From IMG/VR virus record IMGVR_UViG_2974794945_000001, positions 165,273-229,272 of that record: a stretch of DNA of 64,000 bases; one strand, given 5' to 3'. This document shows positions 18,557 to 28,800 of this stretch, piece by piece (position 1 is the stretch's first letter; each line of letters opens with the position of its first letter). A program made the position numbers and the translations under genes. The stretch comes from a virus. Lineage: Duplodnaviria; Heunggongvirae; Uroviricota; Caudoviricetes. The notes under the pieces are model-generated. The model was not told the origin of the DNA. It did not search any database and saw only the letters and a list, made by a program, of their open reading frames with translations.

Positions 18557-19303
18557 ATGGAATCCGTAAAAGATCTACTGACCGACCCGCTTAAAGGTAA
18601 GAATCGTGCTCAAGGCGTATTGTGCTTTCTCTTTCGAGAAGTATTGCTTTGGCGTCGTGTAAACCAGATCGTTTGGAATAAACGACTGACGGCGTATTTT
18701 GAAAAACCACACAACCAAGAAAAGCCAGATAAAGGTAACTTGAATAAAGCCCTTTTGAATGATGACTTGCCTTGGGCTGGTTTTAAGAAAGCGATCGATT
18801 TCCTTTCACCCATGCAAGCAACATTGGTGATGGACTATACCTGGCAAAATGGCAGTAGCACTTCGTACGAAATTGTGATTGATCCAGCAGCTGATGAAAA
18901 ACATCACTACAAGGATACCTTTACGTACGCTGAATGTAACGTATTCGACAAAGCCAAAAAACCAGTGTCGACGCTGGCATACTTATTCCGACACATTGTA
19001 GCCCAAGAAGGGATCAATGAAGAACAGTGGGAAAAGTTGTTTGCGGACTATTCTGAAAATCCTGTAAATCAAGTTGGAGTTAACAAGACGGAGCTTAACT
19101 CTACAATCAGCATGATGAAGCGAGCGCTTTTGGATGGGAAGCTTTCGTGGAACGTGTTCCGTCGTGGTATTCTGTTAATGAAGCCACAAAAAGAAGTGTA
19201 CACCTTGAAGTTGAAGTGGACAGATGATCCGCACTTGATCCTCAGCATGCCCGATGTTGAGTACTCTGCCACTATCGAAGACCCGTACAGTGAGAAAGCG
19301 TAA
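18557..19303 (+). CDS. Hypothetical protein with two tandem homologous domains
   Basis: The pattern LFR..W...Y..P.N..L..W..F....W occurs twice. Confidence 0.65.
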   Translation: MESVKDLLTDPLKGKNRAQGVLCFLFREVLLWRRVNQIVWNKRLTAYFEKPHNQEKPDKGNLNKALLNDDLPWAGFKKAIDFLSPMQATLVMDYTWQNGSSTSYEIVIDPAADEKHHYKDTFTYAECNVFDKAKKPVSTLAYLFRHIVAQEGINEEQWEKLFADYSENPVNQVGVNKTELNSTISMMKRALLDGKLSWNVFRRGILLMKPQKEVYTLKLKWTDDPHLILSMPDVEYSATIEDPYSEKA

Positions 19304-19686
19304 TGCAAAAAGTTCTTAACCTGAGCACAATCACCCGAGACAATCCCTTCTCGGTGGATAACCAAACATCCAAACAAACAGCAACAGGTTTAAACTTTTA
19401 TACCTATCGTGGGTTACGCATGTATCTAATTACTGGTTCTAATGAACCGGGTTGGCTGCATGCACGTTACGCCCCCGACTTTGATAAGCTGCATCGGAAA
19501 CAAGCGGCTTATGTATACGTTCGTGATCTACAATCGATCATGCGTGGTGCTTTGGTTCGTGATATTGCTAAGCGACCTATGGTTAAGCTTATTGCAAATC
19601 GCAAAACCGAAGTAATCACCGATAGTGATTCGCCAGCAGATATTGAATGGCGAGACATTGTGCAATCTGTTGTATCGGGTCTTTAA
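19303..19686 (+). CDS. Hypothetical protein
   Basis: TAATG coupling with the previous gene. Confidence 0.55.
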   Translation: MQKVLNLSTITRDNPFSVDNQTSKQTATGLNFYTYRGLRMYLITGSNEPGWLHARYAPDFDKLHRKQAAYVYVRDLQSIMRGALVRDIAKRPMVKLIANRKTEVITDSDSPADIEWRDIVQSVVSGL

Positions 19687-19697
19687 CCTAGATAAGT

Positions 19698-19723
19698 GGC
19701 CTCCCTTCGGGGAGGCTGCTATG
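19698..19723 (+). terminator. Hairpin-TATG element
   Basis: GGCCTCCC-TTCG-GGGAGGCT. Confidence 0.7.
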
Positions 19724-19767
19724 TCTGATCTTATGAATCCCGTATTTTTTTTTTCAAGGTAAACAAA

Positions 19768-20808
19768 ATGGCAGCTTTAGCACTCCCGTCATTTCTGGGG
19801 TCACCAGAAGACAGAACAAAAGTAGTTGATGCATACTCAGAAGTCAGTTCCAAATTAAGAACATCACTATCTTCTAAAATCGATGTGTTTTCCTCAGGCC
19901 TAGATGGGGCGTTTGATAAAGCCGTTGGTATTACAAAAGGCATTGGTGAGAAACTTCGTACCAATGCAATTGATCTACCATCTGCCATTAAACGAGTTCA
20001 GGGTGCACTAGCAGGTTCTCGATCTGATATTACTAAGATTGCCAGTGCTACTGAAAAGTTAATCATGGGTGAGCTTACAGGTACTGACACAAGTACTAAC
20101 TATGTTAAGTCCGCTACCGATATTGCTCGGGGTGTTGAAATCATTGTTGGTGATGGTCGAACCGTAATTGATACGTTAAAGAACGGTGGTTATAATCAGG
20201 TCAGTTCTATTGTTAATTTTATTTCCGATCTAACGGGTAGTTCGTTAATTAAAACATTTGACTTAGGTGCAGAAGCAGCTATCTTACGTGGTGTAATTGA
20301 AGAAGTATCTGGTTGGGGTATTCCGACTCTAATTGACACAGTAATGAAAGATCAATCTGACATTACTAAATACACCGTAATTAAACGATCTGCTGAACGT
20401 ATCTCTGCATCCAGTTCGTTAGATGTGTTGTTGGCCTATGCTAATGTAAATGGTACAACAGGTCTAAACATTGGTGCCAATGCACTTAATGCAAACACCC
20501 CAGACTTTGCAACTAAAGTACTGTCCAACTTTGCTTTTGTTGAAGGCGTAACCGTAGCTGATTATCCAGCACAATTAGCTAAACTTGTAGAACTAATGAA
20601 CAAACTTAAACCTGATTGGTTTTGGACTGTCCGTGGTAATCAACAAGTATGGAATCTAGGTAGCTTAGCAAATGCATCTGAAAATGCAGTAACATTGTTT
20701 CTTTCAAGTCCGGTATACCGTGACGCTATCTTGACTGCGCCTTTCTATCAACCAGCACGTGTTGAAGAACTAGTTAACACCATGTACCCATTGACCACTA
20801 CGGACTAA
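19768..20808 (+). CDS. Putative virion structural protein
   Basis: 346-aa ORF after a hairpin+TATG element, with AAGG SD. Confidence 0.55.
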   Translation: MAALALPSFLGSPEDRTKVVDAYSEVSSKLRTSLSSKIDVFSSGLDGAFDKAVGITKGIGEKLRTNAIDLPSAIKRVQGALAGSRSDITKIASATEKLIMGELTGTDTSTNYVKSATDIARGVEIIVGDGRTVIDTLKNGGYNQVSSIVNFISDLTGSSLIKTFDLGAEAAILRGVIEEVSGWGIPTLIDTVMKDQSDITKYTVIKRSAERISASSSLDVLLAYANVNGTTGLNIGANALNANTPDFATKVLSNFAFVEGVTVADYPAQLAKLVELMNKLKPDWFWTVRGNQQVWNLGSLANASENAVTLFLSSPVYRDAILTAPFYQPARVEELVNTMYPLTTTD

Positions 20809-20810
20809 AT

Positions 20811-21266
20811 ATGAAAGCAGTATTAATTACAGGCAATCCCAAATACATTAACAATGAAGTCGCCCGTAGTTACTACCGCGAAATCACGGAGTTCCTACAA
20901 GAACACGGTGTTGATGTTGTTACTGACCCAGGTGCAGATTACACATGCCCACCACATGCTGATTTTTATATTGGTCATTCTCGGGGTGCTGGTAGATTCC
21001 GATGTGTTGAAGATACTGAACAACGTAATGACTTTTTAATGTTTGGTGATCCAGATGGATACATCCATCCAGTTGATCTTGCCTGGCAAGAAGCAAACCC
21101 ACCTAAGCCTGGGAGATTTAATCCACCACCAGTGGAACACTTTGAATTCTACCCAGAACAGCAACAGGCCATTCTGAATAAGATTCAAGAATTGAAACAT
21201 AAGACTACGCCCAGTAATGGAACACGTCAGTCTCCCGGTTTAGGTCGTCCTCGTCCTCGCGGATAA
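20811..21266 (+). CDS. Compact alpha/beta-hydrolase-like protein
   Basis: FYIGHSRGA (GxSxG elbow) with downstream Asp and His candidates. Confidence 0.5.
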   Translation: MKAVLITGNPKYINNEVARSYYREITEFLQEHGVDVVTDPGADYTCPPHADFYIGHSRGAGRFRCVEDTEQRNDFLMFGDPDGYIHPVDLAWQEANPPKPGRFNPPPVEHFEFYPEQQQAILNKIQELKHKTTPSNGTRQSPGLGRPRPRG

Positions 21267-21316
21267 TCTCCCCTACGGGAGAGGCTTTATGCCGTTATTT
21301 AAACCATTTAAAAGCC

Positions 21317-21324
21317 TATATTAC
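21317..21324 (+). promoter_or_regulatory. Early promoter core TATATTAC (TTTAAAA class)
   Basis: Motif match upstream of two small ORFs. Confidence 0.75.
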
Positions 21325-21355
21325 AAATGGGAATACACACTAAAAGGAAATAATC

Positions 21356-21736
21356 GTGGCCCTAAGTAATATGTCAAATTTTGCTTACAATGTACTGCAT
21401 TCGCAACTTGAATACATTGCACGTGCATGGGTCTGCTGGTTCACACCGGAAGAACATGAAGCAATGAAAGAACTCGATGGCATTAAGCTTTCTATTGCCA
21501 ACACGGCACTGTGCAAAGCTTATCGCTTTGATGTAAAAGTGGGTGCTGGTCAAGTAAGTTTTTATGTGAACTACCTGGCTGGTGAATACCATAGTTGTTC
21601 ATCTTCATCAAGCGGAACGTTAGGTGTATTCAGTGCTTCTCTGGAAGCATTGCAAACGTTAACGCTGGCTATGCTGAAACGTCTTGAGCAGTACGCCCGA
21701 GACAATAATTTCTCGCCAGATAACCTGGCACATTAA
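21356..21736 (+). CDS. Hypothetical early protein
   Basis: AAGGA SD, then GTG start. Confidence 0.55.
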   Translation: MALSNMSNFAYNVLHSQLEYIARAWVCWFTPEEHEAMKELDGIKLSIANTALCKAYRFDVKVGAGQVSFYVNYLAGEYHSCSSSSSGTLGVFSASLEALQTLTLAMLKRLEQYARDNNFSPDNLAH

Positions 21737-21741
21737 AACGA

Positions 21742-21772
21742 CATAAAGGCTATCTACAAAGATAGCCTTTTT
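21742..21772 (+). terminator. Intrinsic terminator
   Basis: AAAGGCTATCT/AGATAGCCTTT followed by a T-tract. Confidence 0.75.
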
Positions 21773-21796
21773 AATTAAGTAAACAAGAGGTTTTAA

Positions 21797-22063
21797 ATGG
21801 TTAACAAGTCTAACGTATTCACTGTGATTCATAACTTGGTTGCTCGCCCAGAAGCTGAGAAAGGTTTTACTTTCACTATGGGTGATACCTGCATCAATTA
21901 CGATTCGGATTCCAAGATGTTCACCGTGGTTAAGAATGGTCGTAAGATCATTAGCTACAACGTAGATACTCGTTCGGGTTCTACAGCAATGACCGGTACT
22001 AATGCCGGTAACGTTGCCGCTGCTATTGACGCAGGTGCTTTCCGCCACTTTCGAGTGGCGTGA
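21797..22063 (+). CDS. Hypothetical protein
   Basis: GAGG SD; terminator follows. Confidence 0.65.
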   Translation: MVNKSNVFTVIHNLVARPEAEKGFTFTMGDTCINYDSDSKMFTVVKNGRKIISYNVDTRSGSTAMTGTNAGNVAAAIDAGAFRHFRVA

Positions 22064-22066
22064 CAA

Positions 22067-22096
22067 CATAATAGCCACCCGCTGGGGTGGCTAATG
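22067..22096. terminator. Bidirectional terminator
   Basis: TAGCCACCC/GGGTGGCTA between convergent genes. Confidence 0.75.
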
Positions 22097-22114
22097 TTCG
22101 TTCTTTTTTTTTTG

Positions 22115-22945
22115 TTAACGCATGTACGCAGGACGACGTACTGCTGGGCGACGTTCCCAACCAAGGTTACGGATCAGATCAGTTACATCTAAAGTAGCTG
22201 CACTTTCCAAACCTAAACGTTTACGACGTTCAGCTTCATCTTGCATTCCCCACAGAGTAGTAGGGTTGATGGTCATCTCGTTAGATTCAAAGTTCTCAAG
22301 TGCAGGAGAATTGTGTTTACCTGCTACGTAGATGCCACCTTCACCAACGAAGTCCCAAGTAGAGATTTCACGGGTGTACTTAATACCACGCATTACGTCG
22401 TCTTGTGTAATCGAACGTACGGAGCAATAAGTATTGATGTGTGGATTGGTAATGGAGTCTTGGAATATTTTTGCGTAAGGACCGTAAGGTTTAACTTCAG
22501 CAATAACCAACTTACAAGGACGACCTTGTTCATCTTTACCATCAACAATAGTCAATGCACGGATGTGCGCACAAACTCGATCATCGTCGATCTTACGAAT
22601 ACGTTGAAGGTACTCGCGATCATCCATAGGTTTCCGAAACTTACGACCATCAATAAGCAAATCGGTAAACGGTTCAGGATGTTTAAACTCCATATACAGC
22701 ACGTTCTTAAGCAAACGGCGCATCAGTGGAGAGTCTGGTGCAAACATAGATACACCAGATGCAGCATCATAAAACATGCCAGCGGAATTGTGGGTGCCAT
22801 AAGCGCCAACGCAGAGAGTATAATACCCATCTGCATCAGGAGTCAGGATACCTTTCTTACCACCGGCAGTCAGAAGACTACCGCTAATACGTACTTGGTT
22901 ACCGGCTTGCTTCTGGACACCAAAGTAATCTTGAGCTGCGCTCAT
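22115..22945 (-). CDS. Prohead (head maturation) protease, phiKZ gp175-like
   Basis: EFKHP (His) and SVRS (Ser) motifs, C-terminal ALE/SNE self-cleavage sites, synteny. Confidence 0.8.
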   Translation of the reverse strand: MSAAQDYFGVQKQAGNQVRISGSLLTAGGKKGILTPDADGYYTLCVGAYGTHNSAGMFYDAASGVSMFAPDSPLMRRLLKNVLYMEFKHPEPFTDLLIDGRKFRKPMDDREYLQRIRKIDDDRVCAHIRALTIVDGKDEQGRPCKLVIAEVKPYGPYAKIFQDSITNPHINTYCSVRSITQDDVMRGIKYTREISTWDFVGEGGIYVAGKHNSPALENFESNEMTINPTTLWGMQDEAERRKRLGLESAATLDVTDLIRNLGWERRPAVRRPAYMR

Positions 22946-22956
22946 AATGGTGTTCC

Positions 22957-23670
22957 TTATGTACGAAGAATTTCTTCAATCAATTCTACGGATTCGCTAG
23001 GGTTAACTACTGCTGTGTTGATAGCATCAGAAAAGTAAGCACCGTTGAGGCGACTGGTTGTATCAGACGTGTTCCATACCACAGAACGGAATGGAATGAC
23101 TTTGGGTGGGTTAGTAACGATGTCTTGATGTGTATTCAAGATGTGTCGGTATAACCGAGTTAGATCGTCTTTATCTCGCGCAGTTGTCGAGATAATCAAT
23201 TCTAAGATGGCACGTGAACCTAGGTTAACACCAGCATGCAATGAAGCAGTGTCAAACATCTTGGCCATGTCATAGTAGTTCATATACCACGGAATGTTAC
23301 CTTTAGCCACGAGTTCATCGTAGAGGTAATAAGTCAGGGTATCATTAACCACCAAATGATTATTCACAAACACCACGTCCCCAGGTTCAAAAGAGAACTC
23401 AAAGTAATCGGTGCCTCGAATAACAACTTTCTTAGTAGAGCTTGGACGAATCTGCATCATTGCAATAGTGTTGTCTACACCGTAATACTCGTCGTTTACA
23501 ATGATTGCATAGAACCCAACAATAAAGACTTCAGAACCTAGGATTGCTAGGTCCTTATTCTGAAATCGCACAGGTACATGAATCTTGCAAGGAGCATCTG
23601 TAACAGTGCTCCCATTTTCTTGACGATGTAAGTGTTCAAACACACGAGCTGCGTTACGCACTAGCTCCAT
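22957..23670 (-). CDS. Virion RNAP-associated subunit candidate (phiKZ gp176/SPN3US gp244-like)
   Basis: Size and position adjacent to the protease in the vRNAP operon; recalled synteny only. Confidence 0.5.
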   Translation of the reverse strand: MELVRNAARVFEHLHRQENGSTVTDAPCKIHVPVRFQNKDLAILGSEVFIVGFYAIIVNDEYYGVDNTIAMMQIRPSSTKKVVIRGTDYFEFSFEPGDVVFVNNHLVVNDTLTYYLYDELVAKGNIPWYMNYYDMAKMFDTASLHAGVNLGSRAILELIISTTARDKDDLTRLYRHILNTHQDIVTNPPKVIPFRSVVWNTSDTTSRLNGAYFSDAINTAVVNPSESVELIEEILRT

Positions 23671-23686
23671 TTATTTTCCCCTTGAA

Positions 23687-23869
23687 CTACTTCTTAATAT
23701 TAGCTATATCTTTCTCAACTTTAGCAAGATCAGCTTTAAATTTCTTTAAAGCTTTAGTATCATCATCTTCATCACTGAGATACCATGATTCGCAAATAGT
23801 GTCGTAAATCTTTTCTTTAGCGCTGTCGCCATTGGTAGCCGCATTTAATATCTCCATGCGGCTAATCAT
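23687..23869 (-). CDS. Small hypothetical protein
   Basis: 60-aa ORF filling the gap; weak RBS. Confidence 0.35.
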   Translation of the reverse strand: MISRMEILNAATNGDSAKEKIYDTICESWYLSDEDDDTKALKKFKADLAKVEKDIANIKK

Positions 23870-23955
23870 TGGTTCAACTTCTTTTGGAAAAGCAATAGCT
23901 AATGTACGTACACGAGTTGACTGACAACCCGCTTTATGAATACGTTGATCAAGGG

Positions 23956-25572
23956 TTAACGCTTTCCCGAATAGGCTTCCGTACTAACGTCGTCTTCTTC
24001 ATCCAGTGCATCTACTTCCGGATCAGTCTCCTCTACAAGAGGACCTTCACCGGTAGCGGCATCACCGATTGCTTCTTCTGCTTCACCAACTGTAGGCTCT
24101 TCTAGAGCTGCTGGTGGTGCATCAACTACTTCAGGCTTGAACCGGTCGACTTGGATCTGACTGGCTGCCCAGATAGCGTACAGAGAGAACAGAGCCTGGG
24201 TAGATAGTTCACGGCGCGATGCATCAGGGTAATCTTTACCAGCCTTATCCATCAGAACCATGTAATCCCAATAAGTAGACTCAGGGAAGTAAATACGGCA
24301 GATCAATTGACCGAAGGCAACGTATTCATTTTCCAGATGTTCTGGGCGCACTGCACGAATAGCATCAACTACTTTATCACGCAGACCATCTACTTGCAGT
24401 TCAGCCAAAGTACCTTGTTCTGCTTGCGACAAGAATGCTTCAATAATGTCTTTTCGACGGGAGCGTTCAGCATTATCCATAGCTGCTTGTTGAATCAGCG
24501 GATAAACGTTTTGGAACTTCTGAATGAAATAAGCTTTACGTTCTTCCAAACGATCCAAAGTTTGTGGGCCACTTTCTTCCAGAGCAGAACCAAGTACTAC
24601 AGACAGATCACCTTTAGCAGCACGCCACTGTGGTTCAACGTCACCGTTCAACCAAACTACTAACCGACGGTTTTCGATTGCATTGGCTGCATCAGAACGC
24701 AGAATCAATACGCCTTTAGTTTGGTCTTCAGCGCGTCGTTGATAAGCACGTAGCAGGTATGCACCCAACATCTCGTGGAGCAAACGTAGTACGTGAATCC
24801 ACTCTTCATAAGTAACCGATTCACTAATAGCATCAACTGGGTTCTCACCTAGGTGACCACACAGGAAATAAGCTAACAGCAAAGCATCAATGTTGAAAGG
24901 TGTATTAGTGCCTACAACAAAATCCAGTTCACCTACAGTAACAGCTTTGTTGCGGTTGAACAAGTCAGCGTACGTACGGCTAATAACTTCTGGATCTACA
25001 CTGAGTAGCCATTCTGTAATTTGTTCACGTTCAGCATGTGGGTTGTTGATAGAGACCATTTCGATGATCTGTTCAACACCTTGACCTGGGAGAATAAAAG
25101 TACGGTAGCTAGCAGCAGGAGTTACGTTTGCATAGTTCTGCAAATGAGAAGTCAAACGTGGTTCACTGTGCAGTGGATCGTATTTAAAGATGTCCGCCCG
25201 AATATCTGCAGAGGTAGAAATCTTTTGGCGTTCGTTAAAGTCACGAACCATTGAATCAATACCTGGGACAACAACGTTAGATACGTTGAATTGAATTTTA
25301 CCCAGTGCAGCAGCTACTAGACCAACCATGTCTTTATTGTCTTCTTCGACAGTAATAGGTTGTTCTTCATTCATTTCGGTGAAGTGATCTTCAACCGATG
25401 TTACGAGTTCTTCAGATACAGGTGCGCCGGTAGGGGCTTCATCTACAGCGTAGCCGCTAGCGAACTGAGCAATAGGAAACTCAGGATTCGGCACGACCAG
25501 AACTTGACTACCTTCAGTCAGTTGCTGTGCAATCAGTTTTACCGACTGCACGGTGTTGGCGATATCAGACAT
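23956..25572 (-). CDS. Virion head protein (gp177-like)
   Basis: 538 aa with an acidic C-terminal tail containing ALE; synteny. Confidence 0.6.
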   Translation of the reverse strand: MSDIANTVQSVKLIAQQLTEGSQVLVVPNPEFPIAQFASGYAVDEAPTGAPVSEELVTSVEDHFTEMNEEQPITVEEDNKDMVGLVAAALGKIQFNVSNVVVPGIDSMVRDFNERQKISTSADIRADIFKYDPLHSEPRLTSHLQNYANVTPAASYRTFILPGQGVEQIIEMVSINNPHAEREQITEWLLSVDPEVISRTYADLFNRNKAVTVGELDFVVGTNTPFNIDALLLAYFLCGHLGENPVDAISESVTYEEWIHVLRLLHEMLGAYLLRAYQRRAEDQTKGVLILRSDAANAIENRRLVVWLNGDVEPQWRAAKGDLSVVLGSALEESGPQTLDRLEERKAYFIQKFQNVYPLIQQAAMDNAERSRRKDIIEAFLSQAEQGTLAELQVDGLRDKVVDAIRAVRPEHLENEYVAFGQLICRIYFPESTYWDYMVLMDKAGKDYPDASRRELSTQALFSLYAIWAASQIQVDRFKPEVVDAPPAALEEPTVGEAEEAIGDAATGEGPLVEETDPEVDALDEEDDVSTEAYSGKR

Positions 25573-25583
25573 GATGTTTCCTT

Positions 25584-25802
25584 TTAGATTGCAAGTTGGG
25601 TAGCGATACGACCAGCCAGAGCTTCCTGGATGTCTTGCTTGGTTAGGAATACCCCGTTCAAAGTAGAGGAGGTATGTTCGGTGCCGAGGATGCGCAGAAT
25701 TGCTTCTGCGCCCAGTTCGACAGCGGAAGACAGAATCGAAAGATTCTGCCCGTGTGCGACGTTGTTACTTAGATTTTGCATTTGCGGTTCCTCTGTAGAC
25801 AC
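25584..25802 (-). CDS. Small hypothetical virion protein
   Basis: 72-aa ORF overlapping the end of the RNAP beta gene; GAGGA SD. Confidence 0.5.
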   Translation of the reverse strand: MSTEEPQMQNLSNNVAHGQNLSILSSAVELGAEAILRILGTEHTSSTLNGVFLTKQDIQEALAGRIATQLAI

Positions 25803-28800
25803 CTACCAGGTGCTTTGACAATTCGGCAAGAAGGATAGTTGTGGTGCCGATCAGTTTGGGGCTCAGTACCATCCGCTCTTCTACGGATGTGTTACCGAAG
25901 ATCAAGTCAATATCCAATCCAGATTTAGTCTGGTTAACGCCACGCATTACACGAGAGAATACAGTCTTCATCTGGTTAGCAACTACACCTTTATCACCTA
26001 CACCGCAAGGGATGTCATGGTCGATATAAATGTTGATTACCAAAGACTGTGGCTCTAGACCATTACCACGGATGCGGTATTCATGATCTACTTCACCACT
26101 GAAGAATTCTTGACCACGTGCTTTAGCTTCTGCTTCACGAACTTTGTCGGATGCATAAGCAACTTTGCGTAGACTATCAGACATCTCATCACGATCACCG
26201 TGATAGAAACATTCGATTTTGGATACAGTACCAACGACCTTCGCACGAGGGGAATAGTTAGAGAGTTTCGCAAGTGTTTCACGCGATACTTCATCAAACA
26301 CCGAGCCACCGCCCGAGTCGGGATCTTTAATCGTACATAGAATTGAATCTAAGTCGACGTGATCACCAACTTTTACTATGTCTTCGATGTTTTGCTCAAA
26401 ACTAACACTGACCGATTTGATCTTAGTTGTTTGAGTATTCATCTTAATAGCACAGCTTTCGGAAATGACCGAGCCATCTTCTAAGGTGTCTAAGTTATCA
26501 CTAAAAGCAACAACCGTGTTGATACCAGCTTTCCAAATTACTTGCCCTGGGGACATGCGATCTGGAGTAAAGTACTTCTCGTTGTACGCTAAAGTTTGAC
26601 CACGTTTAAACGTATCACCCGCTTTCAAGTCGGAGATGATTGAATGGGGGTAATGGGTACCTGCCGCAGATCCGTGGATCTTACCCATTTGGTACGATGT
26701 AGTTTCACCATTAGCATACTCGACAGTAATCCCGTGCTCATCAACGGCAATGACCTTACCGTCGTCTTCCGCCGCAGAAGCAAAGATGCTGCTAGTCCGC
26801 TGAGCAACGATCTGCTCGTAGCCAGTCCTGAGTGGAGTAGGTTCATATCCATCCGCATAAATCCCTTGTTGCTGCTGAATACTAATGAAGTTAATACGCT
26901 TGGTGTCATCGTTAGTTGTAGCAACACCTAACAGCGCACATGTAGAGAGTTGACGAGCTGGCCCATCTGTAGTTGGATCAAATGGACGAGTTGTACCACG
27001 CATTGAATTGAAGTTAGCATCCGGAGTCAGGTAAGCAATAACACCTACATCACCCGAGTCAACCGTAGATTCAGATACGACACCTACGTCAGCTTCACCA
27101 TAGATCCGAGTACGTGCAACCATGGACGTTGTAGAACGACCACCATCACCACGATACGTCATGGACTCTTGTTCACGAATGTTAGCCAGTGGGTTAGAGT
27201 CTTCAACAACCATGATGGTTGGATCTTGGGTACACTTCTTCCAGATAACCGCAGGGTCCATTTGTACTTGAACAGCAGCAGAACCAGTAGCATTGTTAAA
27301 ACGCTTAACAGCTTTGTTCAGTTCGTTGTATACCGTACCTGCCATCCGCTCATAGCCACGATAGCGCATGTATGCACCATCGACCTCAGCAGGAGACCAA
27401 TCGATCAACAGCATGTCTACAGCTCGATACAGCAGGGCATCAAATGTAGTTGGCTCACCCATCTGTTTCAACAGACCTTCGGTGATAGGGTCCATCCACG
27501 CAGCAAACAACGCATCGATCTCTTTAGTGAATCGCGCAGTCATTCCTGTTTCCAGCAACAACCGTTGATACACGTCGGGCTTATCAAAGTCATAGATCGA
27601 GAAATGCGGCATTAGCTTAGCGTACTTACGCATGCCACCCATGATGAGTTGTGTACGGTAATCAGAACGATCAAATACCAATACGTCATCTTGGAAAGCC
27701 AACACGTAATTGTCAGATGTCAGAGGAATACGCTCACCGCGATGGTGACGGGTATATTTAGCATTCAAACGTTTTAGCGTTGCGGTTAAGCCGTACTTGT
27801 AACCAAACACAAAAGCCAGAGGCAGGTCTTTAGAACCTACGTTCATGAAAGCACCTTCCAGTGGTGCCTTAGTTTGATCCAGACCCAACAGTTCAACAAT
27901 AGAACCCAACGGTTCTAAGCTACCTTTGTCGTGTACATAGAACTGACCTTTACGATCAATCATGACTGGTAACTTACCGTTCATTACACCAACTAGGGTA
28001 TACTCTTTGGTTTCGTATTGCGTGGCATCAACTTTAAACTTAGCTTTGAAGTATTCAACGTGATCGTCAAACTTAAAGTAAAGAAAAACGTTGTCAGCAG
28101 TAAAGCCTCGGAAAGCAGAACCCAGCTGTGTATAAACACGAGGCAGCGCATAAGCCGATTGGTCTAGCTCAGCATACAACACCGCAGTAATACGGTTGTC
28201 TTCTGGATCAAGTGCTCGCTCACGAATCTGGCGAGTAATCCAAGCGTCGTAGTTATGCGCAGCCAAATGGGAACGGGTCACAAACGTCTTGTTGTAATAA
28301 GAAGTCAGTGCTACGGTATCGGGTTTAACTTTACGGATAGGCAAGTCAGCCCGTTGCATACGCATCCGGTAAGTAACACCGTTGGATACAAACCGTCCAT
28401 CCCGATCAACTACTGGTACACGGAAATAAATTGTACCAGGCTTACCACGAATCGGTTTCAAAGTAACCTTGTGAATTTCGTAGTGGTTCATTGCATTACG
28501 CACTTCTTCCACTTCGTAGTTTGTTACCGCTGTGCCTTGCTTCTGTACCGACAGTACCGCATTGATCATGTCCTTATTACGGAGATGTGTCTGATACTTA
28601 CGTTGCATTGCTTTAAGCTTAGAACCCAACATGGACTTGTCAAGGACTGTGGCCGAATCAGCAAGTTGCGTGTCAGCAGGAAGTTCGTAATCTTCCTGTG
28701 TAAATTGCATTGCTTCTTCTAGCGTCTTACCTGTACCAAAAGGATCTTTGATTCGAGTGTACGACTCAGCATCAGTAATGGCTTGTTCAAATGTACGTGG

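Noticed and set aside
19744-19755. Poly-T tracts (also about 22104 and 48456) as phase-variation sites
   Set aside because: All are intergenic and next to terminators or promoters; none interrupts a CDS.
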